From: Candidatus Thorarchaeota archaeon
GTDB lineage: Archaea > Asgardarchaeota > Thorarchaeia > Thorarchaeales > Thorarchaeaceae
Length of the DNA: 32,000 nt
Assembly (NCBI GenBank): GCA_003345555.1
Contig: PRDJ01000033.1
Coordinates: 1-32,000 of the forward strand
Direction of reading: 5' to 3'
The position numbers and the translations under genes were made by a program. This document shows positions 17,541 to 25,887 of the stretch, in pieces; within the stretch, counting starts at the first letter, position 1, and the number at the start of each line of letters is the position of its first letter. Below the pieces are notes generated by a model that had not been told where the DNA came from, did not search any database, and worked only from the letters and a program-made list of their open reading frames with translations.

Positions 17541-18440
17541 TCACGTTGTGCCAAGACTCAGAATCATGTCTTTCAGATTCTTCACAATCCTGAGTGCATC
17601 ATCCCAGTCACGCTGCCAGAGGTTCCTGCCGAAAATCAAACCTGCAGCTCCTTCTTGTAAGCACACCCTTGCCTTGTGGAGGATTTCGTCATCATCAATC
17701 TTACCCCCGCCTGAGAAGAGCACGAGAGTCTTGCCAGCTGAATGTATCACCTTCCTCACGCGTTCATCATAGCTCAGGTTCAATGAGTCGTAGGGTTTCG
17801 GTTGTAGAGACCTTGTTTTTGGATCATCATTGGGAACGTTGATCTTGACTAGGTCTGCTCCAAGCTCACTTGCCACGCGAGCTGCGTAGTCGACTGCATA
17901 TAGAGAATCGCGTCCGCCCTTCGAATCTACCGCTGCTCCTCTTGGGTATGCCCACATGACGATTGGCATACCATAACGGTCAGCATCAGCTTTGACTTTC
18001 CTGAATTGGTTGAAATCTTCAACCTGCCTTGGACTACCCACAAAAAGAGTGTACCCCACAGCATCTGCACCGATTCTGACCGCGTCTTCAACCGAGGCCG
18101 TCATGGGTGAGACAGGGTAACCCTCGCTAGGAATGCTCGTCTTACCATTGAGCTTGAGGATAATCGGGACCTTGCCGGCATACTTCGATGCATACTTCTC
18201 GGCCAGACCCAAGTGAAGCGCAACTCCTGACAGACCGCCCTCAAGAGCGAGCCTGAACTGAAACGTGGGGTCCTCAGAGGGGGGATTCGGGAGGAAGTCT
18301 ATCGGACCGTGCTCGAGCCCTTGGTCAATTGGCATTATGAGCATATGCCCGTTGCCCGGACCGTGCTCATACATGAGTCGATGTAGCCTGATTCTCTTCC
18401 CGAGGCTGAGGTAGTCCATGTCGTCCAGCCAGTTCTTCAA
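17541..18440 (-). CDS. fba: Class IA (archaeal-type/DhnA family) fructose-1,6-bisphosphate aldolase
   Basis: DQGLEHGP-x-DF, ILKLNGKT, SVEDAV-x-x-GADAVGYT, WAYPRG (Trp/Tyr motif as in Thermoproteus FBA), Schiff-base Lys in GADLVKI, SGG and GRNLWQ. Start TTG 18440 or ATG 18419. Confidence 0.9.
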   Translation of the reverse strand: MKNWLDDMDYLSLGKRIRLHRLMYEHGPGNGHMLIMPIDQGLEHGPIDFLPNPPSEDPTFQFRLALEGGLSGVALHLGLAEKYASKYAGKVPIILKLNGKTSIPSEGYPVSPMTASVEDAVRIGADAVGYTLFVGSPRQVEDFNQFRKVKADADRYGMPIVMWAYPRGAAVDSKGGRDSLYAVDYAARVASELGADLVKINVPNDDPKTRSLQPKPYDSLNLSYDERVRKVIHSAGKTLVLFSGGGKIDDDEILHKARVCLQEGAAGLIFGRNLWQRDWDDALRIVKNLKDMILSLGTT

Positions 18441-18476
18441 AGCACGTAGACCTCGGTTTTACCAATGAAGCGGTCC

Positions 18477-18490
18477 TTCATAAACATTCT
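18477..18490 (-). promoter_or_regulatory. Putative BRE-TATA promoter of the aldolase gene
   Basis: Minus strand reads AGAATGTTTATGAA, overlapping the hdrB stop codon, about 40 nt upstream of the fba start. Confidence 0.5.
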
Positions 18491-19433
18491 AGGCCGTTGC
18501 CTTTGCCTTGGCCCTGAGGTTGAGCCGCTCCCAATTAGGCTCGGTCTTCCTCTGCGAATACTGTAGATGGTTGGCGAGCCCGAATTCATCCGGCTCATGG
18601 CCAAAAGCGAGTGCTAGCAGCTCAGATACGTGCATGATATCGAACTTGTACTCGACTCCGAAGAGTTTCTGGATCTCTACTTGGCCCGTGTCAAGCTGAA
18701 GCAAACAGAACGGGCACGGGGTCACAATAACATCGGCACCACCTGCAGCCGCAATGCTGTCGAATTTCTGCTTCGTGAAGTCGAGAGAAGTCTTGAGATC
18801 TGCAGTCCTTACCGCGCCACCGGCGCCACAGCAAATCAGCTCATCCTTGTAGTGGACGTACTTGGCACCGCTAGTTTCGCAGATTTCCCTGAATATGTGA
18901 GGCCGCTCGCTATCGTCTTTCTTCTTTACTAGTTTCGGTCTCATCCAGTGACATCCAGGATGAAGGGCCATTCTGACTCCATTCAGTGGGCGCGTGACAT
19001 GCTCCTTAACCTTCTGAGTACCAACAACGTCGTGGAGCACATCGAGGTAGTGTGTCACCTCGATTGTGCCTTTGAACTCACGCCCGATATCAGCTAGGTT
19101 GCGGTTCACGGCAGCCCTAAGCTCCTCGTCTTCCTTCAACTCATGGTTTGAGTCCCACAAGCTGGCGAAGCAACCGTTGCACCCAGTTGTAATGGGGTGG
19201 CCACCTTGCTCTGCAATAGTCAGATTTCGAGCAGCAATGGTAGCCCACGTGACTCTGTCAAATGAACCGAACACGCCCGGAGCAGGACAACAGCTCGCCC
19301 CAACCATGTCAAGCAAGTCTATACCTAAGTCGTTGAAGACGAGTTTCGTTGCTTTCTCGATGCTCGGATATCGATGCGGAATAATGCAGCCCAGAAAATG
19401 ATAGTATGCAGGTCGCTTCGACAAGCCGTTCAC
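18489..19433 (-). CDS. hdrB: Heterodisulfide reductase subunit B, methanogen-like copy
   Basis: FLGCIIPHRYPSIE, GASCCPAPGVFGSFD, GCNGC, PGCH, CCGAGGAVR, PCPFC. GTG start overlaps the hdrC stop (GTGA). Confidence 0.95.
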   Translation of the reverse strand: MNGLSKRPAYYHFLGCIIPHRYPSIEKATKLVFNDLGIDLLDMVGASCCPAPGVFGSFDRVTWATIAARNLTIAEQGGHPITTGCNGCFASLWDSNHELKEDEELRAAVNRNLADIGREFKGTIEVTHYLDVLHDVVGTQKVKEHVTRPLNGVRMALHPGCHWMRPKLVKKKDDSERPHIFREICETSGAKYVHYKDELICCGAGGAVRTADLKTSLDFTKQKFDSIAAAGGADVIVTPCPFCLLQLDTGQVEIQKLFGVEYKFDIMHVSELLALAFGHEPDEFGLANHLQYSQRKTEPNWERLNLRAKAKATA

Positions 19434-19999
19434 TTCTCCTTCTTTTCCGCAGCGGGTGGTTCCTCAGTATAACCAATCAGTTTGTCAAATCCGCTCTTCT
19501 TGGCTATCTTGCGAATCTCCTGCGCCACCTTCGGACTCGACGACCCATTTGGAGGCAATGGTTCGAGACCGGATTTCTTCCTCAGTTCGGACCACGTATC
19601 CTTGTCAAGAGGCACAGCATGTCCGGACTCCATCACTTTCTTTGCTGTGTCCTGATGTGACTTGAGCATGTGTCCCTCTGCGACGGCGACGTTTCTGATT
19701 GCCTTGATGACATCGGTTGGCTTCACATCTTGCGGACAACGATCCGTGCACATGTAGCAGGTGGTACAGTACCAAAGCTCAGGAGCGGTGATGACCTCGT
19801 TCTTCAGGCCAAGCAGAGCCTTCCTTATGATTCCTCTCACAAGATAGTTAGTGCGGGCTCCCGCGGGGCAAGATCCAGAGCAAGTGCCACATTGGTAGCA
19901 GCTTTGGATGTTTGGTCCGCCGGCCTTCTTGATCATTTCGATGAATTCAAGGTCCACCTCGTCAACGTCAACCGGGGGTCTTTCTTCAACAATTGTCAA
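19430..19999 (-). CDS. hdrC: Heterodisulfide reductase subunit C
   Basis: CYQCGTCSGSCP, WYCTTCYMCTDRCPQ, GHAVP. TTG at 19999, preceded by CAGGTG, is preferred over the track start at 20029. Confidence 0.93.
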   Translation of the reverse strand: MTIVEERPPVDVDEVDLEFIEMIKKAGGPNIQSCYQCGTCSGSCPAGARTNYLVRGIIRKALLGLKNEVITAPELWYCTTCYMCTDRCPQDVKPTDVIKAIRNVAVAEGHMLKSHQDTAKKVMESGHAVPLDKDTWSELRKKSGLEPLPPNGSSSPKVAQEIRKIAKKSGFDKLIGYTEEPPAAEKKEK

Positions 20000-20132
20000 G
20001 TTCGGGCACCTGAGCGTTCGGACCAGCAAATGGTTCGGCCTTTTATCCGTTGCTTCATGGCTACTGTTATTATGCGTTCGTTATGTGGCACAACGGAAAG
20101 GTTGAATCGAACGAGTGGAATAGAGGATCGGA

Positions 20133-21212
20133 ATGTTCTGCCCAAACCATTGTGACGAGAAGCGGCTTGTTTCATGCTCTGTAGGGTACTGCCCAGAGTG
20201 CCTTGCCGCTGATAGCCGATTGCTGGAAAGAGTGTTGAACGTGCACAGAGCCAGCAGAAACCACGCTGGCCTGATTCAGGGTGTCCCAGCCACCGGTCCA
20301 CATGTATGTCCGGAATGCGCAAATCATTGCAGGCTAAGTGATGGCCAGACGGGATTCTGTAATGGCAGAAAGGCGACGGCGTCGGGCATAATCGAGAGAT
20401 ACCCGGGCAGGGCGGTCGTCTACTGGTACTTCGATCCATTGCCTACAAATTGCGTGGGGGACTGGGCCTGCTCGCTCACTCGTCCGGAGAAGAAGTCATG
20501 CCTCCCTTACCTGAAGAACCTGGCCGTGTTCTACGGGTCTTGCAGCTCTGACTGTCTCTTCTGCCAAAACATAGGCTATCGTGACATGATGGCAAGAGGA
20601 CGACCTCTGATGACTCCCGAAGAACTTGCATCAGTGGCAGACGACAGGACAGCGTGCGTCTGCTATTTCGGGGGAGATCCATCGTGCAATGCGAAGCATT
20701 CAGTCGAAACGGCCAAGCTGGTTAGACAGGAACGGGACCTGAAGGTCTGTTATGAGACCAACGGCCTCATCTCCAGCAAGTGGCTACAGCGGATTGCCGA
20801 TGTGGTATGGGAAAGCAGAGGACCAATCAAGTTCGACCTTAAGGCGTTCACCCCGGAACTCTATACGGCATTAACGGGAGTGTCTAATGCATCTGTTCTC
20901 AGGAATTTCAGAACGCTGGCCCAACGAGGAAAGAACCGTGAAGAGGAATTCCTCATTGCCAGCATATTGCTTGTGCCAGGGTATGTCGGAGTGTCAGAGG
21001 TCAGAAAGCTGGCAGACTTCATCGCTGCCTGTGACGCAACCATTCCGACTGCGCTCCTAGGTTTCTTTCCACATCACATGATGAGTGACTTGCCTTGCAC
21101 TAGCATAGCACACGCGAATGCCGCGGTTAAGGCAGCAAGGGATGCGGGGCTAATGAACGTTAGAGTGGGAAATACTGGACTACTCTCTTCAGTAGAGTAC
21201 ACGGTCAGCTAG
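20133..21212 (+). CDS. Radical SAM protein (PflA/AmmeMemoRadiSam-like clan) with Cys-rich N-terminal region
   Basis: CSSDCLFCQN (CxxxCxxC), YFGGDP, YETNG, DLKA motifs; N-terminal CPNHC...CPEC and CPECANHC...GFC metal-binding clusters. Confidence 0.9.
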   Translation: MFCPNHCDEKRLVSCSVGYCPECLAADSRLLERVLNVHRASRNHAGLIQGVPATGPHVCPECANHCRLSDGQTGFCNGRKATASGIIERYPGRAVVYWYFDPLPTNCVGDWACSLTRPEKKSCLPYLKNLAVFYGSCSSDCLFCQNIGYRDMMARGRPLMTPEELASVADDRTACVCYFGGDPSCNAKHSVETAKLVRQERDLKVCYETNGLISSKWLQRIADVVWESRGPIKFDLKAFTPELYTALTGVSNASVLRNFRTLAQRGKNREEEFLIASILLVPGYVGVSEVRKLADFIAACDATIPTALLGFFPHHMMSDLPCTSIAHANAAVKAARDAGLMNVRVGNTGLLSSVEYTVS

Positions 21213-21438
21213 AGGCAGCTAGGGACATCAGATGATTGCTGCCCTCACGAGCTCATGTGAACAAGCGTCCATCCTCGGGCTCTCGTGGCCAATGCCCCGA
21301 GAAAGGGGAAATGTATAAAGGACCGCAGGACAAGGCTCTAAGATTGCAAGTGTGGCTCGTGTACAAGCCTCGGGTGAGGTATCAAGAGTACACGAAGACA
21401 AACTGGCGTCCTTTCCCACCACAGGAGGTAACGAAGCT

Positions 21439-21891
21439 ATGGTCGCGAGTCCGATTACGACATATCTCTACGTGATAAGCCTGATTCTGGTCTACGGTTC
21501 CCTGGGAATTGCCTTTGCGGTCGGTGCTTCCATGACAATATTCGTCATCGACGGCGTTCTCTGCATACTGTCGCTTGCTCTGCTTCAGGGGCTCCGTTGC
21601 GCTATCACTGGCAAGACCGTAACCGTGGCACCTGGCCCCATGGCCGTTACACGATATCAGCAGCAATCCGATGGGGTTCATGCTGTAACTGAAAGTAGGT
21701 GGAGTGCTGGAGGGACCTACGGTGCACGATACTACGGTCTCCTGTTTGGGTGTCTGGGCCTGCTCTTCGGGCTCATGATTGGATTTGGTGGGGAGATGTA
21801 CGAGCAAGATACCTTTCCAGCCGTGACTCTCTTAGCCAGTACCATCTTCGCTATCATCGGGGCGATAGCGTACAAACCCACTAGCAGCTGA
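21439..21891 (+). CDS. Hypothetical membrane protein, about 4 TM helices (150 aa)
   Basis: GGAGGT RBS 9 nt upstream of ATG 21439; two hydrophobic hairpins flanking a polar loop; TATA-like GAAATGTATAAAG at about 21308. Confidence 0.72.
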   Translation: MVASPITTYLYVISLILVYGSLGIAFAVGASMTIFVIDGVLCILSLALLQGLRCAITGKTVTVAPGPMAVTRYQQQSDGVHAVTESRWSAGGTYGARYYGLLFGCLGLLFGLMIGFGGEMYEQDTFPAVTLLASTIFAIIGAIAYKPTSS

Positions 21892-21904
21892 ATTGCACCG
21901 TATA

Positions 21905-22236
21905 GTAGTCACTCTTGACCTTGAGGCATTCGCTCAAGGAGTCTGCATCCATCCCGGCTGTCTACTAGATTGCGAGTCGCGACGAACATACCGCTTGTGC
22001 CGGGATATGTTTGAGTGTCAGAGGTTAGAAGACGGACAGATTTCATTGCCAGCTGCGACCCCACTATTCCGACAGCGCTCCTAGGCTTCATCCCGCATCA
22101 TATGACGAGTGGCCTGCCTTGCACTGCCAGAGCACATACAGATGCAACTGTCAAGGCGACGCAAAAGGCAGGGCTAACGAACATAAGAGATAGAAACAAG
22201 GGTTTTCCGTCCAGCAGGGAGTACAACCTACAGTGA
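21905..22236 (+). pseudogene. Degenerate duplicate of the 3' end of the upstream radical SAM gene
   Basis: Reads VTLDLEAF (intact gene: IKFDLKAF), then a 58-nt shorter spacer with frameshift, then NIPLVPGYV*VSEVRRRTDFIASCDPTIPTALLGFIPHHMTSGLPCT... (intact: SILLVPGYVGVSEVRKLADFIAACDATIPTALLGFFPHHMMSDLPCT...). GGA>TGA nonsense at 22012-22014. Confidence 0.9.
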
Positions 22237-22267
22237 TGACAAAGAGTGCACAATGTACAAGTACTCT

Positions 22268-22280
22268 GAATGCGTTTATG
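22268..22280 (+). promoter_or_regulatory. Putative BRE-TATA promoter of the DUF3795 gene
   Basis: GAATGCGTTTATG about 42 nt upstream of ATG 22322. Confidence 0.45.
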
Positions 22281-22321
22281 CCAAGCTCTCAGCCACTGTC
22301 AGTATCATGAGTGAGTGAAAG

Positions 22322-23329
22322 ATGGAAGACCTGATTTCCAAATGTGGGATGTGCTGCAGTCGGTGCCCGGCCTACAGAGCAAACATAAGAACAAAAGCCG
22401 ACAAGATTCGAACAAGTGATGGATGGTACAAGTACCTGGGCTTTCGCTTTCCTTCACGGCTAATCATCTGCGATGGGTGCCAGATGCCGGATGATCAGAG
22501 CCCCTTGCGCATAAGACGAGGATGCACGGTACGAAACTGTGCAATATCAAATGGTGTCGAGACCTGCGCGCATTGTTCGGAGTATCCGTGTGAAGCAGTA
22601 AAGACACTGAGCTACGTTGATAGGCAATGGGCCGAAACTAGATTGGGCGATAGAATCAAAGAGGAGGACTATCTAACCTTCATAGAACCATACGAAGGTA
22701 TCAAGCATCTGGACAAGATTCGAGCCAGTCTTGGCCCCGAAGATATCTTGAAGGCAGAAATTTCGTTGGCCGAATCCAAAATATCGAACTTTCCTGAGCA
22801 CCTGCCGCTTCCAAAGGAGGACCTAATCGCTTTACAAGCCCTCCACAGTATCTTGGCTTCAGTGAAATCCATTGGTGGCGGTACCTATGCTATGCAGGTG
22901 ACCTTGGAGAACAGGAGGAGGTACCTCCTGAGGCTATTGTGGGTCTTTGGATGCTATGGTGAAATGGAAGATAAGAACGGTTCGTACCTTGTGGTTACTA
23001 GTGAGGCCTACTCTACTAAGATGCGCCAAGCTCCGGCTTTCTCACTCTTCTCAAGGATGTTAGGTCACTTTGATGTCCTGAAAGAGTTCGGAATACGTTG
23101 CCAACATGTGCAATTGACAGAAGAGAAGTATGGGAAGAAAGGATGGCTAACCCCGACAGGAGCGTTGAGGAGAAATGGGTGGGCTATCAAGATGAGCTTC
23201 GAGGAGCGTGTGGGAGGGGCGTCAGCGTTGAAAGCTCTCAGAACCTACGCGACGAGACTGAGCGAGAAGCAGGGAGAAAAAGGATACGCCCTCTTCTCAC
23301 AGGTGGACATGAGACCATTGGAAGAGTAG
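22322..23329 (+). CDS. DUF3795-domain Cys-rich protein with long C-terminal extension
   Basis: N-terminal CGMCCSRCPAY...CDGC...CTVRNCA-x-x-x-GVETCAHCSEYPC pattern of DUF3795; the last ~200 aa are unrecognised. Confidence 0.8.
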   Translation: MEDLISKCGMCCSRCPAYRANIRTKADKIRTSDGWYKYLGFRFPSRLIICDGCQMPDDQSPLRIRRGCTVRNCAISNGVETCAHCSEYPCEAVKTLSYVDRQWAETRLGDRIKEEDYLTFIEPYEGIKHLDKIRASLGPEDILKAEISLAESKISNFPEHLPLPKEDLIALQALHSILASVKSIGGGTYAMQVTLENRRRYLLRLLWVFGCYGEMEDKNGSYLVVTSEAYSTKMRQAPAFSLFSRMLGHFDVLKEFGIRCQHVQLTEEKYGKKGWLTPTGALRRNGWAIKMSFEERVGGASALKALRTYATRLSEKQGEKGYALFSQVDMRPLEE

Positions 23330-23401
23330 AGAATCACATGCGACCATGATTGACTGTCCATCGCACTGCACCAACCAAGCTCTACTTCGCCTCCCTTATG
23401 T

Positions 23402-23414
23402 GAATGCTTATATC
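23402..23414 (+). promoter_or_regulatory. Putative BRE-TATA promoter of the third hdrC-hdrB pair
   Basis: GAATGCTTATATC about 50 nt upstream of ATG 23462; closely matches the element at 8251. Confidence 0.55.
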
Positions 23415-23461
23415 GTGTCACACGACGAAGCGGCTACTGCTCCAAGTTCAGAGGTCCTACA

Positions 23462-24013
23462 ATGGGAGAGATCATTCGGGAAACCATTTCAGCTGGCGAT
23501 ATGGACCCAACATTCATAGAGAAGATCGAAAAGGCTGGTGCAGATAGGATACGAACTTGCCTATCCTGTGGGACCTGCTCAAGTGTTTGCCCCTCTGGTC
23601 GTCGTACAGCTTTCAGAACGCGTGAGCTTATCCGTAAAGCCTTGCTCGGCCTCAGAGAAGACGTTCTGAGTTCTCCAGACCTTTGGTTATGTGCCACATG
23701 TCTTACTTGCTTGGAGCGCTGTCCGAGACAAATCAAGATCACAGATGCAATCATAATCATGAGAAACATGGCTGTCAAGGAAGGATTCATGCTTCCTCAG
23801 CATCGAAAGTCCGCTCAGAAGCTGCTTCAGACAGGACATGCAGTACCATTGGATGATGCAAACCGGGACATGCGAAGGGAACTGGGTATCCCAGAGATAC
23901 CTCCCACAGTGCACTCAAGCGAGGAAGCACTCGCACAGGTCAAGGAGATAATGAGACTCACGGGGTTCGATACCCTTGTAGAAGGAGAAGGAACAGGGGC
24001 CAAGCAGGAATGA
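23462..24013 (+). CDS. hdrC: Heterodisulfide reductase subunit C
   Basis: CLSCGTCSSVCPSGR, WLCATCLTCLERCPR, TGHAVP. Confidence 0.93.
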   Translation: MGEIIRETISAGDMDPTFIEKIEKAGADRIRTCLSCGTCSSVCPSGRRTAFRTRELIRKALLGLREDVLSSPDLWLCATCLTCLERCPRQIKITDAIIIMRNMAVKEGFMLPQHRKSAQKLLQTGHAVPLDDANRDMRRELGIPEIPPTVHSSEEALAQVKEIMRLTGFDTLVEGEGTGAKQE

Positions 24014-24903
24014 CAGACCCTCAAACTTACTCATTGTTCCTCGGATGTGTGATGCCAAATCGCTATCCTAATGTCGAGAAAAGCATCAGAGTTGTACTTC
24101 CAGCACTCGGTATAGAGCTGGAGGAGCTGGAGGGAGCAAGTTGTTGCCCTGCACCGGGCGTCATAAGATCATTTAGCGAGCGGACATGGCTCGCGCTCGC
24201 ATCTCGCAACCTTGCATTGGCGGAAAGAGCGGGTCACGATATCATCACGGGATGCAATGGCTGCTATGGAACCTTCAAAGAAGCGCTCAATATAGTGCAC
24301 GAGAAACCCGACCGGCTCAAGGATGTCCAGCAGATCCTCAAGAGCGTTGGACTGAAGTACGAGGCAGGTGTCGACGCAAAACACCTCATCGAGGTTATCT
24401 ACAGCATTGGGATTGACCCTCTGCGAAAGAAGATTACGCGCCCCCTCACAGGCTTGAAGGTCGGCGTACACTATGGATGTCATCTTCTGAGGCCAAGCAA
24501 GCTGAGACCTTGGCACCAAATTCAGAAGCAGACATTCCTCGATGAGCTCGTCGAAGTGACGGGAGCCGAGAGCGTCAAGTACAAGGACAAGTTCCTCTGC
24601 TGTGGCGCCGGAGGTGGAGTACGTGGCTCCAATGTCCCTGTCAGCATAGACATTGCCCGAGAGAAACTTGATAATATGATGGAAGCAGGAGCTGATTGCA
24701 TAGTCGATGTTTGTTCGTTCTGCCATCTTCAGTTCGAGGTTTGTCAGGCTGAACTCAACAAGGAACTAGGGGAGAACAAGTATCACCTACCCGTGATATA
24801 TTACACCCAGCTCTTGGGATTGTCGATGGGGTTTGAACCTCAGGATCTCGGGCTTCACAAACATGTTGTCAGCACTCAGGCGCTTCTGGATCGCTTCCTT
24901 TGA
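24010..24903 (+). CDS. hdrB: Heterodisulfide reductase subunit B, methanogen-like copy
   Basis: FLGCVMPNRYPNVE, GASCCPAPG, GCNGC, YGCH, CCGAGGGVR, VCSFC. ATGA overlap with hdrC. Confidence 0.95.
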   Translation: MTDPQTYSLFLGCVMPNRYPNVEKSIRVVLPALGIELEELEGASCCPAPGVIRSFSERTWLALASRNLALAERAGHDIITGCNGCYGTFKEALNIVHEKPDRLKDVQQILKSVGLKYEAGVDAKHLIEVIYSIGIDPLRKKITRPLTGLKVGVHYGCHLLRPSKLRPWHQIQKQTFLDELVEVTGAESVKYKDKFLCCGAGGGVRGSNVPVSIDIAREKLDNMMEAGADCIVDVCSFCHLQFEVCQAELNKELGENKYHLPVIYYTQLLGLSMGFEPQDLGLHKHVVSTQALLDRFL

Positions 24904-24934
24904 TTCCCCCTAGCCCAGATTCCGTTTGTGCTTT

Positions 24935-25828
24935 CTAGTACCATCTCTTGGCCGCGTAGTACACTACAAGAGACATGACAGCGCTTGATATTATCGCTGC
25001 GGAGATGAACAGTCCAATAATGAAGCCCTGGTCAGTTGTCGTCGTTGTTCTAGTGACCAGGACATCGCCTGCGGTGAAGGGTGCATCAGACGTGTCGCGA
25101 TTCATGTAAATGCCGTCAGAGACCCTAATCTCAACAACGTAGGTGGAGATATTGAGGAAACCCTGGGTGTACCATGTAAACCACGTCTTGTTCAATCCTT
25201 TGGAAAGAAGTTGAAACGTCAATCCCGAGTCCGATGAGAGTCGGACCTCATAGGTGAGCTCCTCTTCGGAATTGTTGTCCCAACCGAACCAGGTTATGTT
25301 GTGGGCACCGGTCCAGTGCTCGCCGCCATTCGGGGAAATCACTCTTACGTGAGGAACGAGGAAGTTGCCTATGAATACATTAGTGACCGTCTCTTCAACA
25401 AAAGTCCCGTTGTATAGCCATGCCGACGCTATTATGACGCAGCTGGCATTGTTGCCGAGTTGTCTAGTGTCAACTGATGCTGTAGTCGAACTACTCTCGT
25501 TGGATATTGCCTTCGGGATTGCTGTGGCATTGACCACGATTCTTGTCTTCACGACCAATCCTAGAGGAGTCCAAGTCGCATTCAAGATTATGTGATCGCC
25601 TGAAATCGTATCACCAGAGTGAACCGTCATCGGGGTATGGTCCCATCTTGAATAGTATGTGAGTGAGAGATTAACGTCCCATGTGGAAAGCGCATGTCCA
25701 GTGGGCAGGAGGGGGGTGGCAACTGAGCACGCGTGCAATTGTGAAAGCGAAATCATCAGTAGCAGCATCACTATGTGACTGTAGCGAACATGAACGCTTA
25801 TTGAGCGACTTTGAGATGGGTGCTTCAT
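24935..25828 (-). CDS. Secreted, C-terminally membrane-anchored surface protein with an Ig/FN3-like domain
   Basis: N-terminal hydrophobic signal-like stretch (IVMLLLMISLSQL), many N-x-S/T sequons, VRVISPNGGE-x-W...ITW...YEVRLSSDSG-x-TF motif, TRTTTTT linker, TM helix and KRWY tail. Start uncertain (25924, 25828 or 25768). Confidence 0.78.
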   Translation of the reverse strand: MKHPSQSRSISVHVRYSHIVMLLLMISLSQLHACSVATPLLPTGHALSTWDVNLSLTYYSRWDHTPMTVHSGDTISGDHIILNATWTPLGLVVKTRIVVNATAIPKAISNESSSTTASVDTRQLGNNASCVIIASAWLYNGTFVEETVTNVFIGNFLVPHVRVISPNGGEHWTGAHNITWFGWDNNSEEELTYEVRLSSDSGLTFQLLSKGLNKTWFTWYTQGFLNISTYVVEIRVSDGIYMNRDTSDAPFTAGDVLVTRTTTTTDQGFIIGLFISAAIISSAVMSLVVYYAAKRWY

Positions 25829-25887
25829 GAGACCCGACCTGGCCGCACGAAGTCCTCTTTTGCTCCAGTTAGTTCTATTGTTAGAAC

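Noticed and set aside
17541-18440. DhnA-family gene as LsrF (completing an AI-2 pathway) or as ADH synthase
   Set aside because: DQGLEHGP-x-DF, LKLNGKT and WAYPRG match class IA FBP aldolases, and the gene is 14 kb from the kinase.
22012-22014. TGA in the radical SAM relic as selenocysteine
   Set aside because: It aligns to Gly (GGA) of the intact copy, and the fragment also has a frameshift and no 5' half.
20820-22236. Duplicated segment as an att site or target-site duplication of a mobile element
   Set aside because: The copies are substantially diverged, and there is no integrase, transposase or terminal inverted repeat. Kept only as a recombination or duplication relic.
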